Origin: Schmidtea polychroa
Lineage: Eukaryota
Length of the DNA stretch: 64,000 nt
Direction: 5' to 3'
Assembly: GCA_044892525.1 (NCBI GenBank)
Contig: CM097887.1
Span: forward strand, 116,600,397 to 116,664,396
Shown: positions 1 through 12,139 of the stretch, piece by piece
Position numbering within the stretch: position 1 is the first letter of the stretch
Layout of the letters: the number at the start of each line of letters is the position of its first letter
The notes under the pieces: model-generated
Told to the model about the DNA's origin: nothing
Seen by the model: the letters and a program-made list of their open reading frames with translations, nothing else
Databases searched by the model: none
Position numbers and translations under genes: made by a program

Positions 1-28
1 CCATTTTTTTTAAATTATCTTCCATTTC

Positions 29-355
29 TTATAGTAGAGATTTTAAATCATTATAAATTTCTTGGATTAAGGAAGTGAAACAGTAGTCCCCTTTGGACAG
101 AGTCCCTTGAGATTTATTCAATCTATACAAAACATATAAGCTTAAAATACCACATATTTTAGTATTATTGGGTTGAACTTGTAAAGAATTAAAAGTATAG
201 TCCTTCGAGGAACTCTTCGAGAGATAGTCTTCAACTTCTTTACTGGGTTTAATCCCAAAAGAATCAAAGTAGTTAGGGACTTCGTCCATATATATACAAA
301 CCCAATGAGATCCTTTTTCATTTGAATTTTGATAATTGATTATTATATTCTTATA
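29..355 (-). pseudogene. Polinton/Maverick adenain-type cysteine protease, N-terminally truncated
   Basis: Reading the frame upstream of the listed ORF gives IINYQNSNEKGSHWVCIYMDEVPNYFDSFG...QVQPNNTKICG, i.e. the GxHW, YFDSFG and Q..CG motifs of adenain-family proteases. An in-frame TAA at 356-358 cuts off the N-terminus. Confidence 0.85.
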
Positions 356-918
356 TTATACATATCCTCCTCACTTATGTTCCCACGATTCTCTATTTTC
401 CACTAATTATTATCACTTATATCCCCCGATTCGCTATTTTCCATTAATTAATCACTAATATCCCCCCAATTTTCCATTAATTATTCACCTATAACCCCCA
501 CCCCGATATTTAATCAATTATATTCCGCCGATTTTGATTAATTATTCACTTAAAACATTCCCACAAATATTTTTTTAAGATTTTTTTTTTATTAAATTTA
601 TCAATTTTATGAAATAATTTAAATAAATTCAATTAATATATTTCCATTCTTATCAACCTTCATGTTATCTATGCCCCTTCAATGATCCATTAATGAATTA
701 TTCTACCAATTATTTTCACCCATTTGAATTTATCATCGAGTAATGAATAATTTCCTCACTTTAATGAAGATTTTTACCACCTTCATTGTTAATTTTATCA
801 AAGTTTAAAGAATATTTCTCTTTTCATTTTACATTGCTTACCACTTTAGAATTTTTATCAAAATTTATGATAATTTGACTAATTCAATGAAAAATTTGAA
901 TGAGTTAATTAATATATA

Positions 919-3900
919 CTCTGAGTTTATCCGACAAAATATTCTGTCCCCCTATGGGTATTGCTCACAAGCGTACTACTCACATTCAACATGTCGCAAG
1001 GGTATTAGTTGTAAAGGTATTTAATGCTTTTATTTGAATGATAATTTAGGCAAATTTGTTGTTTAAGGCATTCATTGATAATTTTTAGAGTTGATGGTTT
1101 TAGTAAATATTCAAGTAAATTTCTATTATTTTTGCGGATTTCTATCATTTTTGTGGATTTTTATCATTCTTGTGAATTTCCATTATTTTTGTAATTTTTT
1201 ATTATTTTTGCGGATTTCTATCATTTTTGTGAATTTTTAATAATTTAATTCTAATTCTAAGATAAATTTAATTAATTTCTTGATAATTGGATGTATTTTA
1301 ATTGACTTGTTTTTAAATTTTAAATAAAAATTTATTTTTAATGAGGTTAATAATTAAAGTTTGTACAATAATCAAGTGATTGGATAAATTTTGATGAGGT
1401 CATTGAATAATTTTCTAAGAATTTCATGTTAACTGATTAAAAGTTTTAATGGTGATAAATTTAATTGATAAATTTAATTAATTTCTTGATAATTAGTTGT
1501 ATTTTATTGAATAGTTTTTAAATAAAAATTAATTTCATTGACAATTAGGTTAATAATTAAGTGATTTTTGATGATAACTTTGTAATATATTTGACTAAAT
1601 AATTTTTCAATAATTTTCTAAGAATATTTACACATTGATGAACTTTAAAAAACATAAGCTAAGAAACCAGTTAACTTTATCAAGGACTTTAAATTTACTT
1701 GATAATTATTGTAGGATATACAGAAATTTAGTTTGCTGTTATTGCTTGAAAATGATTGGCTGAATAGCTGAAGAATTATCATCAAACAATATATATCATC
1801 TCAAGTTAGGTATTTGATGGTAAATATTTGTAGTTTATTATATCTGTTACATAAGTCGACTTTAGCGTCAAAATGTGTTTTTAAAATATATTTAAATTTT
1901 AAAAAACCGTACCGCAACGTAATATATTTTTTTCCCTGCCCTTCCATGATTTTGATTGGTTAGTGGGCTCTTATTATTTAACTTCTAAATTATTTCTATG
2001 GAAGAATGCCTAGTGTCTTTAACAGTTTATGAAAAGTCATATTTTGAATTTCTTTAAGGATTTTAAGACTGAATCGAATTAAAGGAGGATTCAAGTGGGT
2101 AGAATTAAGGGATATAATTGGTTAGATGTTTAAAAGGGTAGAAATATTTGCTGAGAGATCGGATAAGATGGGATATTTTCGGTTAGATTTAATGAGGGAT
2201 CGGATAAGGTGGGAAAATATGATCTTTTAAGGGGATATAGTCGGTTGCTTTTAATGAGGGAAGGGTTTCGATGGGAATCTTTTGAATATTTACATGGGTA
2301 ATGTTGGTCAAATATCAATGTTTTAAGGGAAATTGCAATTAGTCAGTTATGAATCAATAATAATGTGAAATTATATCGTTTTATTAGGTTGTGATTAATC
2401 CATTGTATATTAATTTAGATTTATGTTTTAGAATAATGTTTTATTAAATTTTCTTTTAATTATCCAGGGTTTTATTAAGTAGTGTTAATGACCGATTTAC
2501 TTGGTTTTGACAATGAAATCTTTATAGATAATTTAGATTGATATCAACTTTAAATTATTTTTATCTTTATTTAGACGGACAACGACAAAAGTTGACCATT
2601 TGAAGAAATATATTAATCTTTCAATGGGACCTAGTCAGTTATATTTATTTTAAATTTCAAGTACAGTGATTTACAAAAATTTACAGTGATTAACAAAAAT
2701 TTAATTATAACTGGTTTTATCAATAGTGAAATATGTATGATAATAGGAATTAAAGTTAGAATTATAGTCATTTAAAGGTGAGTTTAAGCAATCTTATTAG
2801 TGTGAGGTAAATAACCTTTTAAGGATATTTATCGATAAAATACTAATCTTTATAGATAGAGTTATTTCAGGGAAATTTGATGCTTTTTAGATGATTTTAG
2901 TAAAATATTTGTAATAATATGAATTAAGGGTAAAAATATAGTCATTTAAGGGATTTTAAGGAATCTTGTTAGTTTGAGATAAATATATGATCTTTTAAGG
3001 ATATTTATCGATAAAATACTAATCTTTAAAGATAGAGTTATTTCAGGAAAATTTGATGCTTTTTAGATGTTTTTATTGGAGAATTCACTTGGATATACCA
3101 GTTATTGTCATTTAAATGAATTTACTGGTTTGTTAGATGTTATCATTAGTTATCTAGTCTCTTTTGGAATTTAATGATAATTATTTTTATTGTAGATTGA
3201 TGACTTTGATAATTGTAATGAATTCATACTGATTTTTTGAATATATTGAGCAATCAGTCAATCATTTTGAGTACATGTATTACTTTTACAAAAATAATTA
3301 AAATTAATTTTATTTCAATTAATTTATTCAATCTAATTCAATTATCTACTAGATCTTATCTTATTAATTTATTATCTTAGTTGATTCAACTTGAATGATC
3401 AGTATTTTTTTTATTTACTTGATGATTAGAATTTTTTCTTGTCCAATTACAATTTTTTATTTAGTATGTTTTGAATAATTTAAGTTTTTCAATAATTTAA
3501 TCAATTTTTACCAAGTTATTGATGTCTTGAGTTCAATTAATTTTTCATCCAATTTTTCAAGTGAAGAGTATTTTCTTTTAAAGATCTATTTGTTAGTACA
3601 TAGTTGTTGGTTGTAAGTAGTTGGTTGACTTTTTAGATTTTGATAAGAAGATAGTGTATGTGATGAAGAATATTTTGTATTTAATTGCTATTATTTTTAT
3701 GTGTGGTTAGTTGATTGTTGGTACTAAGTTGTTGGTATCTTGTATTTGGTAGTTGTTAGTATCCAGTTGTAGGTTGATATTTGTTAATTTCTCGATGGGT
3801 TTTGATGTTGGTTGTTAGCACTTGGCTGTAAGTGTTTAGTATTTTGTTGTTTGAGACCTAGTTGTTAGTACATGGTAACTAGTTAATGGGTAAATGGTGG

Positions 3901-4296
3901 TTGAGTGTTACCAATTTTTCAAGTGAAGAGTATTTTCTTTTAAAGATCTATTTGTTAATACATAGTTGTTGGTTGTTAGTACATCTTCGTAAGTTATTGG
4001 TTGATGATACTATATTGTTGGTATCTTATATTTGGTAGTTGGTACAGTGTTGTTTACTGATTGTTGTTATATAGTTGTAGGTTGATAATGCTTAGTACCT
4101 GGTTGTTGTTGGTTGTTAGTAGTTGGTATCTAGTTGTTAGTATGTAACTGTCAGTTGTTGTTTGAAACCTAGTGGTTAGTACTTAGTAGCTAGTGATGGG
4201 TAGGTGGTGGTTGAGTGTTACCAATACCCTTACGACCAGTACCCTTACGACCTGTACCCTTAGGGGGTCAAAACATCCTGTCGGATAAACTCAGAG
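919..4296. mobile_element. Non-autonomous TIR element with TA flanks, nested in the Polinton
   Basis: tatatactctgagtttatccgaca (913-936) is the exact reverse complement of 4279-4302, with an imperfect extension to ~42 bp. Subterminal 15-bp repeats occur at 4225-4262 and, degenerate and inverted, at 951-1020. No transposase seen inside. Confidence 0.7.
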
Positions 4297-4374
4297 TATA
4301 TATAATAAAACTGATCAACAATAAGTATTTATTGAATGTGATTTTTACTTTGCAATAATAAGTCAGGAAAAAAT

Positions 4375-4865
4375 TTACCACGTTTTTTAGTGTAGACCAC
4401 CTTTTTCTCAGGACCAAGGAGACCCACCTGAATTGACCTAGAAAAATCCATGCTTTTTAGTGTAGACCACCTTTTTGTATTGAAAAATATCCTGAGACCT
4501 TAAATTGCCACTGTTTTTTAGTGTAGACCACCTTTTTGTATTGAAAATCCCAGGACCATCGAGACCCCCTCACTATAGTCTGAAAATTCCATGCTTTTTT
4601 ATTGAAGACCGCCTTTTTGTATTGAAAATCCCTGGATCAATCGAGACCCCCTCACTATAGTGTGATAAATCCTTGCTTTTTTAGTGGTAGTCGGATTTTT
4701 TGTATTGAAAAAATTTTTTTGTATTGAAAATCCCAGGACCATCGAGATCCCCTCACTATAGTGTGAAAATTCCATGCATTTTTATTGAAGACCGCCTTTT
4801 TCTATTGAAAAAAATTTTTTTGTACTGAAAATCCCAGGACCATCGAGACCCCCTCACTATAGTCT
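4375..4865. repeat. Tandem ~75-80 bp repeats in the Polinton terminal inverted repeat
   Basis: About 6 degenerate units of ttttagtgtagaccacctttttgtattgaaaatcccaggaccatcgagaccccctcactatagt. Confidence 0.85.
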
Positions 4866-5030
4866 AATAAAAAAAAAATTTAGACCAAAAATCCCTGAAC
4901 GCAAAAAATGTGAGTTGCAGCAATTGCGTAATCAAAAGTTGCAGCAGAAAAAAAGTTACAGCAAAAAAAAAGTTGCAGCAGAACCCCCCCCCGGGGGGTC
5001 ATTGCTGCAGTAAGCCACTATCTACCTACT

Positions 5031-5555
5031 TTTGATAAATTCATAAAAAAATTCGGTAGGTTTGTGCAATACTGATGCTTCAATTTTTAATGGATGATTG
5101 TATTCAGAATTTCTTCTAGCAATGCATTGATATAATCCAGGATCCGACGAAGTTAACTTATCGTAAACTATTGATTTGTCATTGAAGATCAGTGAGTGAT
5201 TATCGATCCAATTATATTTAGCTTCAATCAGGTAGTGATCTGACGTCCGTTTGAGGGCTTTTAATGAGATCTGATATTTTCGTTAGTAGAACTTCGTATA
5301 TTGGTGACGCATGAGTATATCAAAAATAGGAAAATTAGTGTTGATACCATAATGAATCTAATATATGAGCGAGACAGTGGCATGTGTGACGAGCGGACGT
5401 TTCGAATATTTTAATATTGGGTATTAGAAATGATGTACCTTCGGAGGAAACAGACTTTCGTCAAATTGATAAAATTCCATGGTTTTGTATAAATTTTGAA
5501 ATAAAAGAAGGTGATGTTCGAAAGAAGAATGAATATTTTAACAACTTGATTTAAT
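5031..5555 (-). pseudogene. Decayed signal-peptide plus Ig-like domain gene, copy 1
   Basis: ATG at 5350 gives MVSTLIFLFLIYSCVTN. With frameshifts it continues KYNWIDNHSLIFNDKSIVYDKLTSSDPGLYQCIA and LKIEASVLHKP (Ig D-x-G-x-Y-x-C motif). Homologous to 24715-25135. Confidence 0.55.
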
Positions 5556-8348
5556 TTATTTAATTAAATAATGTATTTGTAATTTATATATTAAATTTTT
5601 TTTTACTTTTTTTTTACTTATTAATTTTTTCTAATTGTGATTTAGATTTCAACTCATTACATTTTCTTCCATTTTTAATGGAGATTTTCGTGAATAGAGT
5701 ACGTATCACCTAATTTTAGCTTAAAGATGAATTTGGTCTTAACGGTCTGATTTCATTTTACTACTTATTGTAAAACCTCTATTAATTCCAATGGGGAATT
5801 ATTTATTTTTTGGAAAAACAGAAGTGGAGAGTTATTAGAAGTTTTTTCATAAAATGAAATAGCTAGCAGTCTTTGTTAATAAAATCATTGGCGGATTAAG
5901 CGATGGGCGGAAAAGCTGAGATATAAAATAAATTAAAAAACTTTATTGGTGGTTTTATGTAATACTGAATATAATTTAATATTTTTACATATATCTACTA
6001 ATTCAATATTTTTTTAACAATTTTTTGTTTTCAAATTGGAAATTATTTTGAATTTTAATATTTTTTAAAAAATATAGTATTGGGAAATTAATATGAGGTT
6101 ATTAGGGTTATTAGAGGTTTCTCAGTTTTCAAAAAATTGACTTATCTATGGATTTTTAATTTTTGCAAAAAAAAAACTTTGGACCTTTTAATATCTTTGT
6201 TAAAGAGAAGATAAAGAGAATTTGATACGAGAACTTATTTATTTCTTCAATCATAAAATAAAACAAACATCATCAATTCAAATGAATTCAAATATTGCGT
6301 AAATATAAATTTAAAATAACAGTCTTGCCGCATTGAAATATTTAAGAGTTAGACATAAAGATTTGACTTTTCTTTTTTACACATTTTCAAATTTATCCAT
6401 TAAATCTTACCCAAAAACATTTCACAGTATTACAATTAAATATTTCCTTGTAATATCTCATTTATTTTTGTTACGACTGTTGATCCAATTAATTTTTCCT
6501 TGTGTAGTCTAACGTTTCTGAACTGTCTTTATTAAGTGTTATTTAATAATTAAATTTAGATGGCACATGGAAAAAATGGCAGTTTAATCTTTTGTTGTAA
6601 TGAAAATAAATGAAATGTTAGAAAGCAAAAACAGATCAAAAGTGAAAGAAATAAAAGATGTTACTGATATTAAATAAATAAATAAATCACGAGTAAAAAT
6701 TACTCTTAGAAAAAAACTTAATATCTTAAAATTATGTTTTCAAATTTAACAAAAATAAACCAATTATTAAAGTAACGTGAGTAATACAATATATACTTGA
6801 TTAATTAATTTTTCACATAAAGATACAACTCTAATGCAATATTTTTCATACAATATTATATTAGTTATTAATATTAACTATATAAACTAGAAGACATTCG
6901 AGGTGTCGTAACATTAATTGACATCTTATAAATGGTTTTGTAACAGAAACTGTTTTACTAATGTTATTAAACTGTTAGGTAGGTAGTTTATATTTTTCTT
7001 TAATGGGTAACACCAAGTCAGTGATAATAGACGAATTTTAATTTTTTCATTTCACTTGAAAATCCAATGATACAATTTAATCTCTAATTGAAATGTAATG
7101 AAAATTAATCAGTGGAAATTCAATGATATTTCTATTTTGTTACATTCGGCATTTTGTTTACACTTGTCATTTCAGCTCTTGACAATATTCAATTTATTAA
7201 ATGTATGAATTGGGATAAAATTCCTAGTTAATGCAACGCTCCGTCGATGATCGGTATTGCGATATTGGAATTTATAAATTACAAAATAATAAATTTAAGG
7301 CATAATATAAAATTTTTTCAACTCGACAATAAATGATTTCAACAAAGTTATTTTCATCAATTTTTATAATACTTAAAATAGTTTCTTTCTGTCTTGTGAT
7401 TAATATTTGTATGTAAACATTCTTTGTTTATCATTAGGAAATTATTTTTTTGCGCATTTATATTCCAAATTAATTTCAAAATAAACGTCAACAAAAAGTA
7501 AATGTTAATTATATGTTTCAGTGCTTAGATTTTTTAAACATAAAAATTAGAAATATAACAATTCATTTTGATTGAATGCAAACTTCCTTTAAATTTATTA
7601 AATTTATAGTTACTTTCATCACAAGTATTTTCTGGATGCTTACTTCAGTTGGGAGATAGTTGCAATCTGCAATTGTTATAGAGTTTACATTGTTGTTAAT
7701 GTATTCACATTTGTATAATTACCTAAAGACTCCATCAAACACTCATATTTGATGAAACTGAAGTGATAAAAAATATCATTTATTTAGATTTCGACCATCC
7801 GCCAATATTCTTTTTTATTTAGCACAAATTTATACACTTTGTTTTGAAGATAAATTATATTTACAGAAGCGCTTTAAACTAGTTATTGGGATGTAATGGC
7901 TTAAACAGTATCACACTTTACTTATTAATTATAAAGAGAAAAAGTACGAAGACTGGTAACAATATTTATTTAAATATAATAGTTGATTGTAAACCTTAAA
8001 GAAATTTTTAACAAATAGTTTAGGGCAATGTTTGAATGTTGTTTCTTGAACGCGTTATATTTTTTAAATTTTTTAAATTTTTGAAAAAAATGGTTTTGTG
8101 TCATGAAAAATTTACAAATATAAGTCATTATTAAATCAAAGATCAATTAATACAAGAGCTTGCTTTTACGAGCCCGCAGAATCCCTGCCTATGTTGTTTA
8201 CCATTACCTTTAAAACAGCTTATTCATTATGAGAAAAATATAGTAATTATATTAAAAACTTGTCTAGAAAAATAATAAAGAATAATTGAAAAAAAACAGA
8301 AATCACCTGCCACTTAAAGTGATATTAAATCAATAGAGCACTCAAGTA

Positions 8349-8517
8349 NNNNNNNNNNNNNNNNNNNNNNNNNNNNNNNNNNNNNNNNNNNNNNNNNNNN
8401 NNNNNNNNNNNNNNNNNNNNNNNNNNNNNNNNNNNNNNNNNNNNNNNNNNNNNNNNNNNNNNNNNNNNNNNNNNNNNNNNNNNNNNNNNNNNNNNNNNNN
8501 NNNNNNNNNNNNNNNNN
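8349..8517. other. Assembly gap (N run)
   Basis: Run of N. Confidence 1.
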
Positions 8518-9004
8518 TAAAGGCATTTTGATGCAAATAATATATTTAATATAACTGAAAAAATTTTCGACTGTAAGATAGCCATTTTAAAATGCTTTTA
8601 GATCTTCTGTTTTTATTTCCTTTTTCTTACCTCTTATTTGTTAAAAATAATAATAAACATTTTTTCTGAAGAATTTAAAATTTTTTAATTAATTATTTTT
8701 TTATCTCTAAAATTCAAAACCACCGAAAAACACTGAAAATAACTTTTTAATTTTTAAAGCTTCTATAATTAGATCATAGAAACCTGTTTTAATAAAAATT
8801 ATCTTAAAATATTTATAAAATATAGTTTCCAATAACTGTTTAAATTCGAAATTTAAATATTTTAAAAATTCTTCTATTTTGATTATTAATCCTAATGATA
8901 TTTTAAAAGTAAATTTGATCTATTTTTCTATATTATTTTAAATTATTAATTTTAATTTTTAATTTAATTTTTTAAAAGCTTTTCTCAAGGTCAATAACAA
9001 CAAA

Positions 9005-10670
9005 TCAAAACGATGATTGATTGGTCTCTTCTTTAGTGTTGATTGTTCGCCGTCAGTTTATGATGAGAATTGGTTCTTGAAATCTGACATTTTTTTTGGA
9101 TGTTTCCATTGGCTAACATTTCGATTGATATATTTTTTCTTTCCTTCTTTTGTTGACATTGTTGGAGATGTCTGTATACCGAGGATTTTCCACGGGATCT
9201 AGATGTTCTTTACCTTTTTGTGCAACGGTCCTGAGCGTACTTCCAATGTATATTTCTTTGCATACATTGCACGTGATACAATAATCAATGTTTTTTCGAC
9301 ATATCTTTCGGTGTCTGGCAGTTTTCCATTGTGCAATTATTTCCTTTTTTTGTGTTGTTTGTCAGAGCTTTTCTCAATGTCCAAGATTTATGTGCTATAC
9401 GAATCGGAAGGCCAGTGCGTTTAAGTTCTTTCAGGATCTTGAAGTCGAGTATATGTCACTAATGAATGGAACATTCGGATAAAAATATTTTTCTTTTTTT
9501 GTGGTATCTTCCTAGATCGTTTTGTGGTAGAATTCATTATTTTAATGTTCTTACCTTGATACCCGTTTCTGCGTAGAATTTTATTGAAGTTTAATTGTTG
9601 TTTATAGTTCTCGTTTTCTCAGTACATCGATTGGCTATCCTTTCTTTCTTGTTTTTTATGACGTGTACTTTCTGTAAGTATGGAAGCGATGAGCTTCGGT
9701 GCATAAATATTTCTTTGCGATCTGGTTTTCTGTAGAACCAGTATGTTGGAGTATCTGCTTCTAGTTTAATTTTTAAATCCAGTAGATTGAAGGATCCTTC
9801 TTCTTCCGGATATTCGATTTCAAACTTAATATTTCAGTGAGCCGCATTGAATGTATGTTATATTTTCTCGGCTTCTTTTTTGCTTTTGGTCGTGATAAAG
9901 ATATCATCTACATATCTTGAGTAGAAACCGATGGATTGTATGGTCCTCAGTGTTTGTTGTTCGAGGTTATCCATAAAGATGATTTCTAACAATCCTAACA
10001 ATTCTAGAACCCATAGACAGACCTTTAACTTGTTTATAGACATTTTGTTCAAAGGTAACATAAGTGTTCTCGAGGATAACAGTAAGAAGTTTAATGACAC
10101 TCTAGGTTTTCATTTCCTTTATTAACAAGTTGCTTTCTCTTAATATTTTTACCAAACATTTAATAGCCTCTTTTTTTTGTTCGATAGATGTTCAAGACTG
10201 AAGGGGTATTTGAATTATCTATGAGTAGTTCTGTTTTTATTTAATTTTGCCATGAGGTAGTCGCTGCTCTGAAGATGGTGTGGTACAGTGTCCAATAATG
10301 GTTTTAAGATCTTTGAAAGAAGCCAACTTGTTTTAGTTGTTTGTCCATTTGTGTTGGATAAAATAGGTTTAATTTTGATAGCAGGACTCACTTTTTGAGT
10401 TTTTATTAGATAGTAGAAGTTGAGAAGATCGGAATTTTTTGTAACCAAGCTTTTAGTTAATTTGTTATTGAGTACCATTTCCACAGTAATGGCTTTCCAT
10501 ACTTTGTTCATCTTCATTTCGATGGTGTTTGGTGACATTTGGCTAACTTCCTTGTATGTGTCAATTTTGCCGAGGTATTCATAAGCAACTTCACAGTAAC
10601 GGTTTTTCTCTATAATGCAAAATTCTCCCCCTTTGTCACTTGGTAAGTAAACGTATTGGTTCCTTTAAAG
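9005..10670 (-). mobile_element. Degenerate Penelope-like retroelement (RT plus C-terminal GIY-YIG endonuclease)
   Basis: Motifs across frameshifts: YLPSDKGG; YYLIKTQK...IKPILSNTNGQT...LSKILKPL; YSRYVDDIFI; CNVCKEIYIGSTLR (GIY-YIG). Confidence 0.85.
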
Positions 10671-10929
10671 GGATTTTAACACAAATTAATTGAAAATAAA
10701 TAATTTATTGACTATGTGAAAAACCCGACCAATGTGGAAAACCCGGGCGCTAAATAGGATGATTGTAAGATTTTGGCTTCCCTTTAAAATCAGTAAAGAT
10801 TATTAATATTGAATTAGCCAAAAGAAATTTTTTGAAAAAAGGCGAAAAGTTACTTGCTTAATTATTTTGTTTTGAGCAAATTTTGGTCACTGGTTAATTC
10901 GACTATTTAATTACAAAAACTAGAAAATT

Positions 10930-11150
10930 AGTATAAAAAGAAACGACATTGGTAGTCAATTTTCAGTTTAGTCGAAGAATAGGCAAGTCACAAAGAGATT
11001 CCTACTAAGGAGAACAGAGAAAGTTAGTAGAAAATTGAACATAAAGAGATCAAAAAGTAAGAGAGTTCTTGTCAAAAAAAATTATAAAAGTAAAAATCAT
11101 ATTCAAATCCAAAAAGGCGGTCTCCCATTGGGTAACCTACCTTCTTAATT
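10930..11150 (+). mobile_element. Possible short Penelope-like RT fragment
   Basis: QIQKGGLPLGNLPS resembles the PLE RT motif Q..G.PMG.P.S; otherwise heavily decayed. Confidence 0.3.
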
Positions 11151-11180
11151 TTTATAGAACAGTGCAGATCAAATGAATCG

Positions 11181-11409
11181 TTTATTTTAAAAGTGACCTA
11201 GGTCCATTTATGTTAAGCCACTTTCAAAATAAAATTTTTATCATTCTATTAACCAACTAATTTTTTTTTACAAAATCTTAGTGATTATAAATATATTATT
11301 TATAATTTACTTCAAAATGAAAAGGTAACGTAAAAATTTAATTGTTTAAATAGCTAGCTTGATTTTTTTTGACAAATGGACTTAGGCCACTTTCAAAATA
11401 AATGGCTCG
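11181..11409. mobile_element. Small MITE-like inverted-repeat element
   Basis: ttattttaaaagtgacctaggtccatt (~11186) and aatggacttaggccactttcaaaataa (~11377-11402) are near reverse complements. Confidence 0.5.
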
Positions 11410-11921
11410 AATAAGAGTGTAATTGACAACAAATATTGAGAATTTTGTTGACGTTATTTGTATTATTATTACTAGATATCTGTGACAATTTTATTAATAA
11501 AATCATTTTAATAAATTAAAATTGTAAATGCATAACATATTTTCGAACAAGAAAAATTCAAAATGTATACCATACTTTCGAACCGAGACAGTATAATAAT
11601 ATAATTCCATATTTAATTTTCGTTTTTGTTTAAATTATTATAATTCTGTTATTTTTTTCTTTTTCTAAAATTTTCATACGAATTATAGCAGAACTAAAAT
11701 AAAATCCATTAAAAAATTTTTAAAATAAAGTTCATTATTTACTCAAGTTTAATAAATAAAGAACCTAAAATTCCACAATAACTTCTAGTGTTATGAAAAT
11801 GTGGACGTTTTTCCAATTTCACCACTGATTTCTTTTCCATTGACATTGTATTTATAAATAATCAAAAAAACGTGGCAATGATTTAATAATAGAGAAACGC
11901 CAACTCAATAAATTCAACATA

Positions 11922-11964
11922 AACGCGATATATTTCAATTGTACAACAATCTTCGTCAGGCCGC
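11922..11964 (-). ncRNA. Mirror copy of the minimal hammerhead motif
   Basis: Reverse complement of the + strand motif (tcgtcag at 11953-11959). Confidence 0.65.
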
Positions 11965-12096
11965 AATCTGGATAATCAATAATAAAACATAAAATATGCA
12001 ATATCTAAACAAATTAACTAATAATAACTAATAATATTATTAGTTAATTTGTTTAGATATTGCATATTTTATGTCTTATTATTGATTATCCAGATT

Positions 12097-12139
12097 GCGG
12101 CCTGACGAAGATTGTTGTACAATTGAAATATATCGCGTT
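12097..12139 (+). ncRNA. Minimal type I hammerhead ribozyme motif
   Basis: CUGACGA (12102-12108), extra A, stem II GAUUG/CAAUU with 5-nt loop, GAAA (12125-12128), palindromic mini stem III UAUA, then UC with predicted cleavage after 12134. Stem I is imperfect. Confidence 0.65.

Larger units (their letters stand above)
1..5030. mobile_element. Terminal part of a Polinton/Maverick element; the other end lies outside the window
   Basis: Contains the protease remnant. The terminus ...ctacctact at 5030 reads 5'-AGTAGG on the minus strand, the Polinton-type end. Subterminal tandem repeats occupy ~4375-4865. Confidence 0.7.

Noticed and set aside
4565-4862. Repeated ctcactatag resembling the end of the T7 promoter
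   Set aside because: Only 10 nt match, TAATACGA is absent, and it is part of the Polinton tandem-repeat unit; not vector contamination.
4375-4865. CRISPR-like appearance of spaced repeats (also 38980-39105 and 39605-39785)
   Set aside because: Units are contiguous and degenerate with no unique spacers, the context is eukaryotic, and there are no cas genes; these are TE subterminal repeats.
8314-8585. ORFs spanning N-gaps (also 22077-22490 and 61657-62191)
   Set aside because: Artefacts of N runs and low-complexity ATT repeats.
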